A DNA stretch of 64,000 nt from Eubacteriales bacterium (GTDB taxonomy: Bacteria > Bacillota > Clostridia > Oscillospirales > CAG-272): the NCBI GenBank assembly GCA_045658225.1, contig JAZOUO010000068.1, positions 4,509 to 68,508 of the forward strand. Reading direction: 5' to 3'. The number at the start of each line of letters is the position of its first letter. The stretch's first letter is position 1. Below are positions 45,418 to 55,910 of this stretch, in pieces. The notes under the pieces were generated by a model, which was not told the origin of the DNA, ran no database searches, and saw only the letters and a list, made by a program, of their open reading frames with translations. The position numbers and the translations under genes were made by a program.

Positions 45418-47856
45418 TTAGTTTTTAGAGTTTGCGTGTATCTCGCCCGAGCGAGTTATCGCTGTGGGAATGTTGTAGCTTACAGACTGTTCCTTGCGCT
45501 CAACCGTGATTTGAGTTTTGTCGCACACAAGCGCGTGCGCGAGTACGTCGGACGCAGTCTTGCAGGGGATAAATGTTATATTTTCAAGCACAAGACTGTC
45601 AAGCTTGTCGAGATCCTTGAGGTTATCCTTGGGGATAAGCACGGTGTTGACACCTGCCGCATATGCCGCCATAGTCTTCTCACGAAGTCCGCCGATTGCC
45701 AGCACGTTGCCGCGCAGAGTTATCTCGCCCGTCATAGCTACGTCACGTCTTATGGGTATGCCCGACAGTGCGCTTACAAGGGCGGTGAGCATTGTCACGC
45801 CTGCGCTGGGACCGTCCTTCGGGGTCGCTCCCTCGGGAACGTGAATGTGTATGTCCTTTTTGGAATAAAAATCCGTGGGGATATTGTAGCTCGACGCTAT
45901 CTGACGCGTATATGTAAGAGCCGCCTTTGCGGATTCCTTCATAACGTCGCCAAGGCTTCCTGTAAGCTCCAGCTTGCCTGTACCGTCGGTGACTGCGACC
46001 TCAATTTTGAGTAGATCGCCACCCGACTGTGTGTAAGCAAGTCCGTTTACTGTGCCTATCTCATCACAGTCGGATATTTTCTCGGGCAAAAATTTCTCTG
46101 CGCCGAGCAGTAATTCAAGATTTTTGAGGTTGACGGTCATGCTCTTGCACTTGCCGTCGATTATGGAGAGTGCCGCGCGTCTGAAGAGTCTTGCAAGCTC
46201 GCGTTCAAGGTTTCTCACGCCGGACTCGCGCGTGTACGCATCAATTATTTTCGAGAGTGCCTCGTCACTTATCTTGACTGTTCTCTTATTAAGTCCGTGA
46301 CGCTTGAGCTGGCGGGGGATGAGATGATTTTTCGCAATACTCATCTTCTCGCTCTTTGTGTAGGTGTGAAGCTCGATGATCTCCATTCTGTCGATAAGCG
46401 GACGCGCTACGGTCTCAAGCGTGTTTGCCGTTGCGATAAATATGCAGTCGGACAGATCGAAGGGAAGCTCAACGAAATGGTCGCGGAAGAATTTGTTCTG
46501 CTCGGGGTCAAGAGCCTCAAGCAGAGCGCTTGCGGGGTCGCCCCTACCGTCGCTTGCCATTTTGTCTATTTCGTCAAGCAGGATAAGGGGATTTTTGCTT
46601 TCCGCAGAGATAAGTGCGTTGATTATACGTCCGGGCATAGCGCCGACGTAGGTTTTTCTGTGTCCGCGGATATCCGCCTCGTCACGCACGCCGCCCAATG
46701 ACACGCGCACGTATTTGCGGTTCATAGCGCGAGCTAAAGACGACGCAATAGACGTCTTGCCCACTCCGGGAGGGCCGTAGAGACAGATTATCTGACCCTT
46801 AAGCTCGGGGTTGAGCTGCTTTACTGCAAGGTATTCGAGAAGTCTCTCCTTTACGTCGGAAAGTCCCTCGTGCTCGGAATCAAGAATTTTTCTCGCCTCC
46901 GAGACGTCCGCGCGGTCGTCTGTTTTCTTGTTCCAAGGAAGCTCAAGACAGGTGTCGAGATAGCCCGTAAGCACGGTGGACTCGGCAGAGCCGAAGGGGG
47001 TCTTTGCAAGCTTTTCGTTTTCCTTGAGAAGCTTTTTGCGCACCTCGTCGGAGAGATCAAGCGCCATGATTCTGTCGTAATACTCGTCTGTGTCCGAGCC
47101 GCCGTCACCAAGCTCCTCCTGAATCGCCTTCATTTCCTCGCGCAGATAATATTCCTTTTGACCCTTGGCGATACGCTCGCGGGTCTTTTTCTGAATGTCC
47201 GCCTCGTATCCGAGTATCTTGTGCTCGTGGATAAGTATTTCAATAAGGGTTTCTATTCTTGAATATGGCTCGAAAATTGCAAGTATGTCCAGCTTGTCCT
47301 CGATCTTTTCGAGTATGTGGGACGCGATAAAATCTGCAAGCTGCGCGGGATTTTTAATGCTCTTTATGGTGGACATCATATCCCCCGTGGGCATAGACGG
47401 GATAAGCTTTGCGATACGCTCAACGGCGTGTATCATTTCTCTTGCATACGCTTCGCCGCGAAGTCCGCCGTTGTCGGCGAGGACTACCGTCTTTGAGATA
47501 ACGTCTGCGATATTGTATCCGCCGACCTTGCGGTAAGATACGAGAGATGCTCGGGAAAGTCCCTCTGCAATAATTCTTGTGCCGCCGTCCGACGCTTTTA
47601 TCAGCTGCTTTATCTTTGCTACCGTTCCTACGCTGAAAAGCACCTCGGAGTCAATAGACTCGGTATCGGTCAGGGGATTTAAAGGTACGAGGATAATGTA
47701 TCCTGTACCTGCCGCGGCTGTGTGAGCCGCATCGGGCGAGCCAAAGCTGTCTTTTTTAAGCTCGCAGTTTATAATTTCACCGGGGAAGGCTACAGTGTCC
47801 CTCAAAGCTATCAAGGGCAGAGTAAGTCTTTCGGCTTTCTCGTAGATTTCTGACAT
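45418..47856 (-). CDS. lon: ATP-dependent Lon protease (LonA)
   Basis: LON N-domain, AAA+ Walker A GPPGVGKTS and protease site PKDGPSAGVTM. Length is 812 aa. Confidence 0.95.
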   Translation of the reverse strand: MSEIYEKAERLTLPLIALRDTVAFPGEIINCELKKDSFGSPDAAHTAAAGTGYIILVPLNPLTDTESIDSEVLFSVGTVAKIKQLIKASDGGTRIIAEGLSRASLVSYRKVGGYNIADVISKTVVLADNGGLRGEAYAREMIHAVERIAKLIPSMPTGDMMSTIKSIKNPAQLADFIASHILEKIEDKLDILAIFEPYSRIETLIEILIHEHKILGYEADIQKKTRERIAKGQKEYYLREEMKAIQEELGDGGSDTDEYYDRIMALDLSDEVRKKLLKENEKLAKTPFGSAESTVLTGYLDTCLELPWNKKTDDRADVSEARKILDSEHEGLSDVKERLLEYLAVKQLNPELKGQIICLYGPPGVGKTSIASSLARAMNRKYVRVSLGGVRDEADIRGHRKTYVGAMPGRIINALISAESKNPLILLDEIDKMASDGRGDPASALLEALDPEQNKFFRDHFVELPFDLSDCIFIATANTLETVARPLIDRMEIIELHTYTKSEKMSIAKNHLIPRQLKRHGLNKRTVKISDEALSKIIDAYTRESGVRNLERELARLFRRAALSIIDGKCKSMTVNLKNLELLLGAEKFLPEKISDCDEIGTVNGLAYTQSGGDLLKIEVAVTDGTGKLELTGSLGDVMKESAKAALTYTRQIASSYNIPTDFYSKKDIHIHVPEGATPKDGPSAGVTMLTALVSALSGIPIRRDVAMTGEITLRGNVLAIGGLREKTMAAYAAGVNTVLIPKDNLKDLDKLDSLVLENITFIPCKTASDVLAHALVCDKTQITVERKEQSVSYNIPTAITRSGEIHANSKN

Positions 47857-48042
47857 ATATATAAATTCCTCTCGTTGCTTTGGTTTTGTGATTTTGCAAA
47901 CACTTCTACAATTATAATATTATATCACAAGCCGCGGCGGATTTCCATAGTTTTTCAAGAATATTTACAATTTTATATAATACTTTATATAATATTTAAT
48001 GAGTTTCCTCGCGTTTTTGATGAACAACCGAAAAAAGAGCAT

Positions 48043-48159
48043 AAAAAAAGCACAACCGGTTCGTTTCCTCTCGTGCTTTGATATCATTAGATTGATATTT
48101 CGGAAGGGAACTGCCTGCTGTGCATAATTTGGCGGTCCAACCCTATTGGATTCGACCGC
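48043..48159 (-). ncRNA. candidate small RNA of ~117 nt, class not recognised
   Basis: On the minus strand: TTTACA (48194-48189), 17-nt spacer, TATAAT (48171-48166). Three hairpins follow, then a terminator stem (48050-48078) with a run of seven U (48043-48049). No credible ORF or RBS lies inside. Confidence 0.45.
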
Positions 48160-48342
48160 GTATTCATTATACAACAAATTTCCAGATTTGTAAATTATCA
48201 AAGTTGACGATTTTTTATCAAATATTTCGTCGTTTTGAATACAGAGTAGAAAATTTTACATAAATGTCGTAGTGGTTTTTGTGCAATCTTTTGTCGTACT
48301 ATGTCGAAAGAAAAAAGAATAAAAATTTTTTTGAAAAAGCTC

Positions 48343-48584
48343 TTGACAAAGAGGGAGTGTTGTGCTATAATCTACTCCGTAATAAAGAGAAGTCCCGCTT
48401 CCACCGGACCGCAACGGCGAGTCCTGGTTAATATTTTTCCTTCTATATAAAGGGGGAAACTGTGCGCGTCGGGATTTCTGTATTCCCGGCGTTTTTTCGT
48501 CGGTAAAAGGGTTCGCAAATATTATAAAATAAATCAGCTTGACATATCAAGCCGCATCATACCGAGCGTGGTATGAGTAATTAA
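48343..48584 (+). promoter_or_regulatory. infC-rpmI-rplT promoter and L20-type attenuator leader
   Basis: TTGACA (48343-48348), 17-nt spacer ending in TGc, TATAAT (48366-48371). The ~210-nt leader holds a hairpin accggac-N11-gtcctggt and the terminator cgtcggga-N9-tcccggcg-tttttt (48467-48497). Its position matches the Firmicute L20 leader. Confidence 0.65.
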
Positions 48585-48599
48585 ATGGAGGTGTTACCC

Positions 48600-49130
48600 A
48601 TAGCAGCAAACAAAGAAAAAGATACTCTTGTCAATGAAGATATTGACTTTCCGCAGGTAAGAGTAATCGGTTCGGACGGAGAGCAGCTCGGAATAATGAG
48701 CTCTGAGCAGGCACTCAAGATAGCATACGAAAAGGACCTTGACCTTGTAGCGATGTCCGCGCAGGCAAATCCCCCCGTATGTAAGATAATGGATTTCGGA
48801 AAGTACCGCTTTGAGCGTGAAAAGCGCGAGAAGGAAGCAAAGAAAAAGCAGCAGACGGTCGAGCTTAAGGAAATTCAGCTTTCGCCCAGAATCGATACGC
48901 ACGACTTTGAAACTAAGGCAAAGCAGGCAGTAAAGTTTTTGTCCTCTGGCAACAAGGTGCGCGTTGTTATGAGATTTAAGGGAAGAGAAATGAGCCATAT
49001 GGCAATAGGTCGTGAGATAATCGACAGATTTGCAGAATTCTGCTCCGAGGTAGGCAACGTAGATAAAAAGCCCTCGGTTGACGGCAGAATAATGAGCATG
49101 GTCATCTCGCCCATCACACAGAAAAAATAA
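48600..49130 (+). CDS. infC: translation initiation factor IF-3, probably starting at a non-AUG codon
   Basis: VNEDIDFPQVRVIGSDGEQLGIMSSEQALKIAYEKDLDLV is canonical IF-3. The track ATG at 48585 lies inside the RBS (aATGGAGGTG). The in-frame ATA at 48600 sits 6 nt after GGAGGTG. Confidence 0.85.
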   Translation: MAANKEKDTLVNEDIDFPQVRVIGSDGEQLGIMSSEQALKIAYEKDLDLVAMSAQANPPVCKIMDFGKYRFEREKREKEAKKKQQTVELKEIQLSPRIDTHDFETKAKQAVKFLSSGNKVRVVMRFKGREMSHMAIGREIIDRFAEFCSEVGNVDKKPSVDGRIMSMVISPITQKK

Positions 49131-49165
49131 TATTTGTAAATAAAAATTCAAAGGAGTATATAACA

Positions 49166-49360
49166 ATGGGAAAAATCAAGACACATAAGGCTTCTGCCAA
49201 GAGATTTTCCGTTACGGGAACAGGCAAGGTAAAGATGAATCACTGTCATCACCGTCACAATCTCGGACTTAAGAGCCAGAAGAGAAAGAGACATCTTCGT
49301 ACGGGCGCTATCATGAGCGAATCCATGGCTCCCACAATCAAGATCCTCATCCAGAAGTAA
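49166..49360 (+). CDS. rpmI: 50S ribosomal protein L35
   Basis: [22 protein letters not shown]; 64 aa. Confidence 0.95.
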   Translation: MGKIKTHKASAKRFSVTGTGKVKMNHCHHRHNLGLKSQKRKRHLRTGAIMSESMAPTIKILIQK

Positions 49361-49460
49361 TTTCTCGCGGTCGATACCGCAACACAGTCCGAGAGGACAT
49401 AACTACAAAAAAACATCAGAGCCTTGTCATACGGCAACGGCACATAGAAGGAGTAAGAAA

Positions 49461-49814
49461 ATGGCAAGAATTAAGGGCGCGCTTATGACGCGTAAGAGAA
49501 GAAAGAAGATGCTTAAGGCTGCAAAGGGTTATTGGGGTGCAAAGTCCAAGCACTTCAAGATGGCTAAGCAGGCTGTAATGAAGAGTGGCAACTACGCATT
49601 TGTAGGCCGTAAGCTTAAGAAGAGAGATATGAGAAGATTGTGGATCACAAGAATTTCCGCACAGGCAAAGGCTTGCGGAATGAACTATTCCACATTCATG
49701 AACGGACTCAAGAAGGCAGGCATCACTCTCAACAGAAAGATGCTCGCTGAGCTTGCAGTTAACGACAAGGCAGCTTTCGCAGCGCTCGTTGAGCAGGCAA
49801 AGGCAGCTCTCTAA
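49461..49814 (+). CDS. rplT: 50S ribosomal protein L20
   Basis: [29 protein letters not shown]; 117 aa. Confidence 0.95.
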   Translation: MARIKGALMTRKRRKKMLKAAKGYWGAKSKHFKMAKQAVMKSGNYAFVGRKLKKRDMRRLWITRISAQAKACGMNYSTFMNGLKKAGITLNRKMLAELAVNDKAAFAALVEQAKAAL

Positions 49815-49823
49815 TCATTGAAT

Positions 49824-49848
49824 AAAAACCCGGTCAAGCCGGGTTTTT
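49824..49848 (+). terminator. rplT terminator
   Basis: aaaaacccggtcaagccgggttttt. Confidence 0.85.
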
Positions 49849-49894
49849 GTCATATATATAGGCAGTTTGAAATCATAAAAAAAGGGTGTTTTTT

Positions 49895-50749
49895 ATGGAA
49901 TTTTTTGAAGAAATTATCACGTCGGGACAAAACAAATACGTTTCCGAGGCGAGAATGCTAGATGACAAAAAGCGTCGGGACAGCTCTCGTCTTTTCCGCT
50001 TTGACGGAGTAAAATTGCTTTGCGAGGCAATTTTGCGCGGTGTTGAGCTTCAATATTTGCTGGTATCTGACGAAAAATACGAGAGTGTTTTTGAGAAGAC
50101 TATGCAGACTTATAATCTTCGCAAAGAGGATATTTCTTGCAAAATTATACCTGTAAAGCAGTCGGTATTCGAGAAAATTTCGTCAGAAAAATCTCCCGAA
50201 GGCGTAATATGTGTGGCAAAATATATTGACAAATTTCATAAATTTGTTAAAATAAATAATGAAGGAAAAAAATTTTCCGAGGAGCTTGCGACGGATAGCG
50301 AGAGGGTGCTTTTGCTTGAATCCGTCAGAGACCCGCAGAATATTGGCGCAATAATCAGAAGCGCCGCAGCGATGGGTGCGGGCAGACTAATTATGAGCGC
50401 GGATTGCGCGGATATTTATAATTCCAAAACCGTGCGCGCCTCTATGGGAACTCTGTTCGGAATGAAAATAGACAGAGTTGACAGTATCCCCGCGGCTATA
50501 ATGAGTCTTCAGGCGAACGGACGTAGAGTTTTCGCTGCCGCGCTTGACGAGAAGGCTCAAAGGCTTGGGCAGGTAAGTGTTAATTCGACCGACTGCATAC
50601 TTATAGGCAACGAGGGACACGGACTCACGCCCGAGGCGATACGAGCAAGTGACGCGACACTTTACATTCCTATGCAAAATGGTGTTGAGTCATTGAACGC
50701 AGCGGTTGCGGCATCGGTGCTTTTATGGGAGTTTTTCGGCAGAACCTGA
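49895..50749 (+). CDS. TrmH/SpoU-family RNA 2'-O-methyltransferase (YsgA-like)
   Basis: ESVRDPQNIGAIIRSAAAMGA, IGNEGHGL and ESLNAAVAASVLLWE SpoU motifs. Its position after rplT matches B. subtilis ysgA. The ATG at 49895 follows AAGGGTG. Confidence 0.85.
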   Translation: MEFFEEIITSGQNKYVSEARMLDDKKRRDSSRLFRFDGVKLLCEAILRGVELQYLLVSDEKYESVFEKTMQTYNLRKEDISCKIIPVKQSVFEKISSEKSPEGVICVAKYIDKFHKFVKINNEGKKFSEELATDSERVLLLESVRDPQNIGAIIRSAAAMGAGRLIMSADCADIYNSKTVRASMGTLFGMKIDRVDSIPAAIMSLQANGRRVFAAALDEKAQRLGQVSVNSTDCILIGNEGHGLTPEAIRASDATLYIPMQNGVESLNAAVAASVLLWEFFGRT

Positions 50750-50787
50750 GAAGTATAACTTTTTGATTTAACGAGAGGAGAGGCATT

Positions 50788-52146
50788 ATGAGCGAGATAA
50801 AGTGGATATGGTTATCTGACAGATGCGGAGTGGGAAACGAGGATATTCTCACGCTCATTTCACGCATTGGCAATATAGATGACATATACAAGGCTGATTT
50901 TGACGTTTATATTTCTCTCGGAATAAACGAAAGAACTGCGGAAAAGCTTTGCAACAAGGATCTTGACGACTCTTATCAGATAATGAGCTGGTGTCAGAAG
51001 AACAACGTAGGAGTTTTGGTTTTTGACAACGAGAAATTTCCCATTTCTCTGCGATCTCTCAAGAATCCTCCCGTGGTGCTGTACTATGTTGGCAAGCTTC
51101 CAAACTTCAACAGCGAGCTTTTTATATCTGTTGTCGGAACTCGCAAAATGAGCGAATATGGAATGAAGTCGGCGTATAAAATAGCTTATGAGATTGCGGC
51201 GTCGGGTGCGATAACCGTCAGTGGAATGGCGCTTGGTATTGACGGAGTTGCGGCTTGCGCGTCTATTGCGGCGGGCGGCAGAACTGTCGCTGTGCTTGGA
51301 AGCGGAATAGATGTTATATACCCCAAGGAGCACACGAGACTTTACGAGTTGATAGCTGAGCGAGGAACTGTGATGACCGAGTATCCGCCCTCAACTAGAC
51401 CCTACGGATACAATTTTCCTATGAGAAACAGAATAATCAGTGGGCTTGGTTCGGGCACTCTTGTTGTAGATGCACCCGAGGGAAGCGGTGCGCTGATAAC
51501 TGCAAAGAACGCGATAATTCAGGGCAAGGATGTGTACGCCGTGCCTGGAAATATCGGAGAGGAGAACACGTCGGGTACCAACGGGCTGATACGTGACGGA
51601 GCTACGGCGGTGATGTGTGGCAGAGACGTTGTGAAGAATTACGCGTTTTTGTACAGACACACGTTGGATATGCACGCTCTCGCAAAAGCGGAGAGCAGGT
51701 CTGACTTTGATCCATCAGAACTTTTGAAAGCTAAAATAAGTATGCGAGTTTCCGCGCCTGTGGCACGGAGCATACCTAATGAAAAGCTCGAAAAAAGAGA
51801 AAAAAGTATGGAAAATGGCGAGTATAATAGCTTTGAGAGCTTCAAGGAGAAAATATCAAAGCAGAAGAAAGCTCCCCGAAAGAGCGCAAATAAAAAGATT
51901 GATGAGCCCGAAGGTGCAAGTCAGTCTAAAAATACGAATATGGGAGATAACTCCCAAAAAATAATTGAATCCCTGAGTCAGCGTCAGAGAGATATATTTG
52001 ACGAAATGCCTATGGATAAGCCCGTGACGGTGGACTACTTCACAAAGTCCGGATACACTATGGGAGAGGTAATGTCTGCTTTGACGATACTTGAGATAAA
52101 GGGACTGGTATCCTCGCTTCCTGGGGCGTTGTATATCAGAAAATAA
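50788..52146 (+). CDS. dprA: DNA-processing protein DprA (Smf)
   Basis: Rossmann core ISVVGTRKMSEYG...SGMALGIDGVAACASIAAGGRTVAVLGSGIDVIYPKEH. A long K/E-rich linker is followed by a C-terminal winged-helix-like TILEIKGLV. Confidence 0.9.
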   Translation: MSEIKWIWLSDRCGVGNEDILTLISRIGNIDDIYKADFDVYISLGINERTAEKLCNKDLDDSYQIMSWCQKNNVGVLVFDNEKFPISLRSLKNPPVVLYYVGKLPNFNSELFISVVGTRKMSEYGMKSAYKIAYEIAASGAITVSGMALGIDGVAACASIAAGGRTVAVLGSGIDVIYPKEHTRLYELIAERGTVMTEYPPSTRPYGYNFPMRNRIISGLGSGTLVVDAPEGSGALITAKNAIIQGKDVYAVPGNIGEENTSGTNGLIRDGATAVMCGRDVVKNYAFLYRHTLDMHALAKAESRSDFDPSELLKAKISMRVSAPVARSIPNEKLEKREKSMENGEYNSFESFKEKISKQKKAPRKSANKKIDEPEGASQSKNTNMGDNSQKIIESLSQRQRDIFDEMPMDKPVTVDYFTKSGYTMGEVMSALTILEIKGLVSSLPGALYIRK

Positions 52147-52177
52147 GCTTGAAAATAATGAAAGGAATCACATATAG

Positions 52178-54490
52178 ATGGCAAATTTGGTAATAGTGGA
52201 GTCACCCTCAAAGGCAAGTACAATAAAAGGGTATCTCGGCTCAAACTACAAGGTAATCGCATCAAAGGGACATGTAAGAGATCTTCCCAAGTCCACGCTG
52301 GGCGTTGACATTGAGAACAACTTTGATACGCACTACATCAATATCAGAGGCAAAGGAGATCTTATAAAGGAGATAAAGAAGGAAGCCAAGGCGGCGAACA
52401 AAGTATTTCTTGCAACCGACCCTGACCGCGAAGGAGAAGCGATCTCGTGGCATCTTGCAACAGCTCTCGGAATTCCCGTTGAGAAGACGCTGAGAGTCAC
52501 GTTTAACGAGATTACAAAGACGGCGGTAAAGGCGGCTATAAAGTCCCCAAGACAGATAGATATGAGTCTTGTTGACGCTCAGCAGGCAAGAAGAATACTT
52601 GACAGAATAATGGGATATAAGATATCTCCTATTCTTTGGAAGGCTGTTAAAAGTGGTCTTTCTGCAGGACGTGTTCAGTCTGTTGCGACACGAATAATCG
52701 TTGAAAGAGAAGAAGAAATAAAGAACTTTGTTCCGGAGGAATACTGGACTATTGATGCAACTCTGCTCTCCAGCGATGGCAAGCCCTTTGCTGTAAGATT
52801 TTACGGTGACAAGTCAGGCAAGATAGTGCCCGCATCAGAGACTGAGGCTATGAAGATAGTAAATGCCGTTGAGGGCAAGAAATTTACCGTTGAGTCTATC
52901 AAGCGCTCCTCGCGCCGCAAGCTCCCCGCGCCCCCCTTTACCACATCGACACTTCAACAGGAGGCGTCAAGACACCTCGGATTCCAGTCTCAGCGTATTA
53001 TGCGCGTAGCGCAGGAGCTTTACGAGGGTATAAATCTTGGAGCAGAGAATGGTGGTATGCAGGGTCTTATAACCTATATGCGTACCGACTCGCTCAGAGT
53101 TTCCGCAGAGGCTCAGGATGCGGCAAGAGAGTTTATTCTTGAGAGATACGGTGAGGAATACAACACCGAGACACCCAGAGTATATAAGGCAAAATCAGGC
53201 GCACAGGACGCTCACGAGGCGATCCGTCCTGTAAAGGTAGCGCTTGAGCCTGCAAAGATAAAGAGCTATCTTACAAGCGATCAGTATAAGATCTACAAGC
53301 TTATATGGGAAAGATTTATCGCAAGCCAGATGGAAAGTGCGACACTTGCAACTCTGACCGTGGACTTTGAAAATTCGGGATATATCTTCCGTACAGGCGG
53401 ATACACCGTGACCTTCCCCGGCTATATGGCGCTTTACGTTGAGTCCGAGGACGAGACGCACAAGGACGAGCACGACAATCAGAAGGATATAAAGCTCCCC
53501 GATCTTCACGAAAACGAAAAGCTCGATTCCGAGTCGATAGATCCCACAAAGCATTTTACCGAAGCCCCCCCGAGATATAACGAGGCATCGCTCATCAAGT
53601 TCCTTGAGGAGAAGGGAATTGGAAGACCGAGTACCTATACCCCCATTATCACGACCATAGTTTCGAGAAACTACGTAAAGCGTGACGGCAAGGCGCTTGT
53701 TCCCACACCTCTTGGTGAAATCACTACAAAGATAATGAGAGATCATTTCGCTTACGTCGTTGACTACAAGTTCACGGCGGATATGGAAACTGACCTTGAC
53801 CGCATAGAAAAATCCGAGTGTCCTATGCAGGACGTTCTCTGTGACTTCTGGAAGGATTTTGAGGTGACACTCAAAAAGGCAGAGGAGAGCCTTGCTGACG
53901 CGAGCATTGAGGTTCCCGTTGAGGAGACCGACATCATCTGCGACAAGTGCGGCGCAAAGATGGTAGTAAAGAACGGTAGATTCGGCAAGTTTGCAGCTTG
54001 CCCCAACTACCCTCAGTGCAGAAACACAAAGCCTCTCGTGAAGGTGACTGAAGAGCCCGAGGAGCTTGAGGAGAACGAGGAAAAGGTTGAAAAGAGCGCG
54101 CAGAAAAAGACTGTAGTTGCAGATTTCAAGTGTGAAAAGTGTGGTTCTGATATGGTTCTTCGCACAGGTAGATACGGAAGCTTCTACGCTTGTGTCAACT
54201 ATCCCACGTGTAAGACTACAAAGCCCAGAACTAAGGATATCGGTGTCAACTGTCCCAAGTGCAATTCCAAGGTCGTACAGAAATACGGCAAGAATAAGAG
54301 CGTTTTCTATAGCTGTGAAAGATATCCCGAGTGTGATTTCTCGTCCTGGGATATGCCCACGGATGAAAAATGCCCCGACTGCGGAAATGTTCTTTTCAGA
54401 AAGAAGGGCAAGGCGCTGCTTGTTTGCAACAAGCAGGGCTGCGGATTTACAAAGACTGCTACTGATAACATTCCCGACGAAAACTTTTAA
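52178..54490 (+). CDS. topA: DNA topoisomerase I
   Basis: [16 protein letters not shown]...[14 protein letters not shown], active-site region YMRTDS, and four C-terminal C4 zinc ribbons. Confidence 0.97.
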   Translation: MANLVIVESPSKASTIKGYLGSNYKVIASKGHVRDLPKSTLGVDIENNFDTHYINIRGKGDLIKEIKKEAKAANKVFLATDPDREGEAISWHLATALGIPVEKTLRVTFNEITKTAVKAAIKSPRQIDMSLVDAQQARRILDRIMGYKISPILWKAVKSGLSAGRVQSVATRIIVEREEEIKNFVPEEYWTIDATLLSSDGKPFAVRFYGDKSGKIVPASETEAMKIVNAVEGKKFTVESIKRSSRRKLPAPPFTTSTLQQEASRHLGFQSQRIMRVAQELYEGINLGAENGGMQGLITYMRTDSLRVSAEAQDAAREFILERYGEEYNTETPRVYKAKSGAQDAHEAIRPVKVALEPAKIKSYLTSDQYKIYKLIWERFIASQMESATLATLTVDFENSGYIFRTGGYTVTFPGYMALYVESEDETHKDEHDNQKDIKLPDLHENEKLDSESIDPTKHFTEAPPRYNEASLIKFLEEKGIGRPSTYTPIITTIVSRNYVKRDGKALVPTPLGEITTKIMRDHFAYVVDYKFTADMETDLDRIEKSECPMQDVLCDFWKDFEVTLKKAEESLADASIEVPVEETDIICDKCGAKMVVKNGRFGKFAACPNYPQCRNTKPLVKVTEEPEELEENEEKVEKSAQKKTVVADFKCEKCGSDMVLRTGRYGSFYACVNYPTCKTTKPRTKDIGVNCPKCNSKVVQKYGKNKSVFYSCERYPECDFSSWDMPTDEKCPDCGNVLFRKKGKALLVCNKQGCGFTKTATDNIPDENF

Positions 54491-54498
54491 GGTTAAAA

Positions 54499-55878
54499 AT
54501 GGATAAGATAATAAACATATACGGCGCAGGACTTGCAGGCTGCGAGGCGGCTTGGCAGGTGGCAGAGCGGGGAGTAAAGGTGAAGCTTTACGAGATGAAG
54601 CCTCAAAAATACACTCCCGCACACCACTCCGAGAATTTTGCCGAGCTTGTATGCTCAAATTCTTTGCGTTCTGACAGAGTGACTAATGCGGTAGGACTTC
54701 TCAAGGAAGAGCTTTTGCGTATGGACTCGCTCATAATGGAGGCGGCGTATGCAACAAGAGTTCCCGCAGGCTCGGCGCTTGCGGTGGACAGAGACCTGTT
54801 CTCGCAGTATATTACGGATAAGATAAAAAATCATCCCAATATTGAAGTAATAGAGCAAGAAGTAAGCGGAGTTGAGGACGGAGTAGTGACCATTATCGCT
54901 ACCGGTCCTCTCACCAGCGAGCCTATGGCGGAGTATATACAGAATACTTTGGGCTGCAAGGGACTTCATTTCTTTGACGCTGCAGCACCCATAGTGGACG
55001 CGTCCAGTTTGAATATGGATATAGTGTATGCCGCTTCCCGCTACGATAAGGGCGACGCGGACTATCTCAACTGTCCTATGAACCGTGAGCAGTATGATGC
55101 GTTCTACAATGCGCTAATAACCGCCAAGGAAGCCGAGCTCAAGGAATTTGACCGCGAGTCTCAAAAGGATTTGAAGGTATTTGAGGGTTGTATGCCCGTT
55201 GAGGTAATGGCTAAAAGAGGATATGACACTCTTCGTTACGGACCGCTCAAGCCCGTAGGACTTGTGGACAAGCGCACGGGTGAGGACTCGTATGCCGTCG
55301 TTCAGCTTCGTCGCGAAAATGCGGAGGGAACTATGTATAACCTCGTGGGATTTCAGACTCATCTGACATTCCCGGAGCAAAAGAGAGTTTTCGGTATGAT
55401 TCCCGGACTTGAGAACGCGGAATTTCTGCGCTACGGAATAATGCACAGAAACACTTATCTTGACTCTCCCGGTATGCTTGCGGCAGATTATTCAATGATA
55501 AGCAATCCCGACGTATTCTTTGCGGGACAGATGACTGGAGTTGAGGGTTATATTGAGTCGGCCGGCTCGGGCTTTGTTGCGGGAGTTAACGCCGCCAGAC
55601 GAGTTCTCGGCGAGGAGAGCGTGATATTCCCCGCGACCATGATGATAGGTGCGATGGCGAGATATATAAGTACGGGAAACATGAGCGGAAATTTCGTTCC
55701 TATGAATGCGAACTTTGGCATTATCGAGCCGCTTGGCAGAAAAATAAAGGGAGGCAAGGTCGCAAAATACGAGGTCGTGGCAGCGAGAGCGCTTGACACG
55801 CTTCCCGAATACGCGCAGAAAATAGGCGCGCAGAATTATAAAAAGTATATTCCCGAGCAAGACGGGGATAAAGAATAA
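54499..55878 (+). CDS. trmFO: methylenetetrahydrofolate--tRNA-(uracil-5-)-methyltransferase TrmFO
   Basis: [17 protein letters not shown] motif, [10 protein letters not shown] and [14 protein letters not shown]. Confidence 0.93.
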   Translation: MDKIINIYGAGLAGCEAAWQVAERGVKVKLYEMKPQKYTPAHHSENFAELVCSNSLRSDRVTNAVGLLKEELLRMDSLIMEAAYATRVPAGSALAVDRDLFSQYITDKIKNHPNIEVIEQEVSGVEDGVVTIIATGPLTSEPMAEYIQNTLGCKGLHFFDAAAPIVDASSLNMDIVYAASRYDKGDADYLNCPMNREQYDAFYNALITAKEAELKEFDRESQKDLKVFEGCMPVEVMAKRGYDTLRYGPLKPVGLVDKRTGEDSYAVVQLRRENAEGTMYNLVGFQTHLTFPEQKRVFGMIPGLENAEFLRYGIMHRNTYLDSPGMLAADYSMISNPDVFFAGQMTGVEGYIESAGSGFVAGVNAARRVLGEESVIFPATMMIGAMARYISTGNMSGNFVPMNANFGIIEPLGRKIKGGKVAKYEVVAARALDTLPEYAQKIGAQNYKKYIPEQDGDKE

Positions 55879-55910
55879 AAGCCACATTTGGCGGAAAGGC
55901 AAGGCAATAT

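Noticed and set aside
48100-48127. SRP-RNA-like CGGAAGGGAAC segment
   Set aside because: It only loosely resembles the CCGGAAGGAAGCAGCC helix-8 motif. The flanks cannot form the conserved symmetric and asymmetric loops on either strand.
48131-48160. tRNA- or tmRNA-like T-arm (GGTCGAATCC ... ACCGCCA on the minus strand)
   Set aside because: Trying to fold it as T-stem, T-loop and acceptor fails: ggtcg and taggg do not pair. There are no D or anticodon arms upstream and no tmRNA tag frame.
47965-48201. 78-aa minus-strand ORF overlapping the candidate sRNA
   Set aside because: It starts upstream of the -35 element of the candidate sRNA promoter, so that transcript would not contain its start codon. 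It has no RBS, runs through the terminator hairpin, and ends in the repetitive KYYIKYYIKL. The RNA interpretation fits better.
53195-54658. 487-aa ORF on the minus strand
   Set aside because: It is antisense to topA and trmFO, both of which have unambiguous family motifs.
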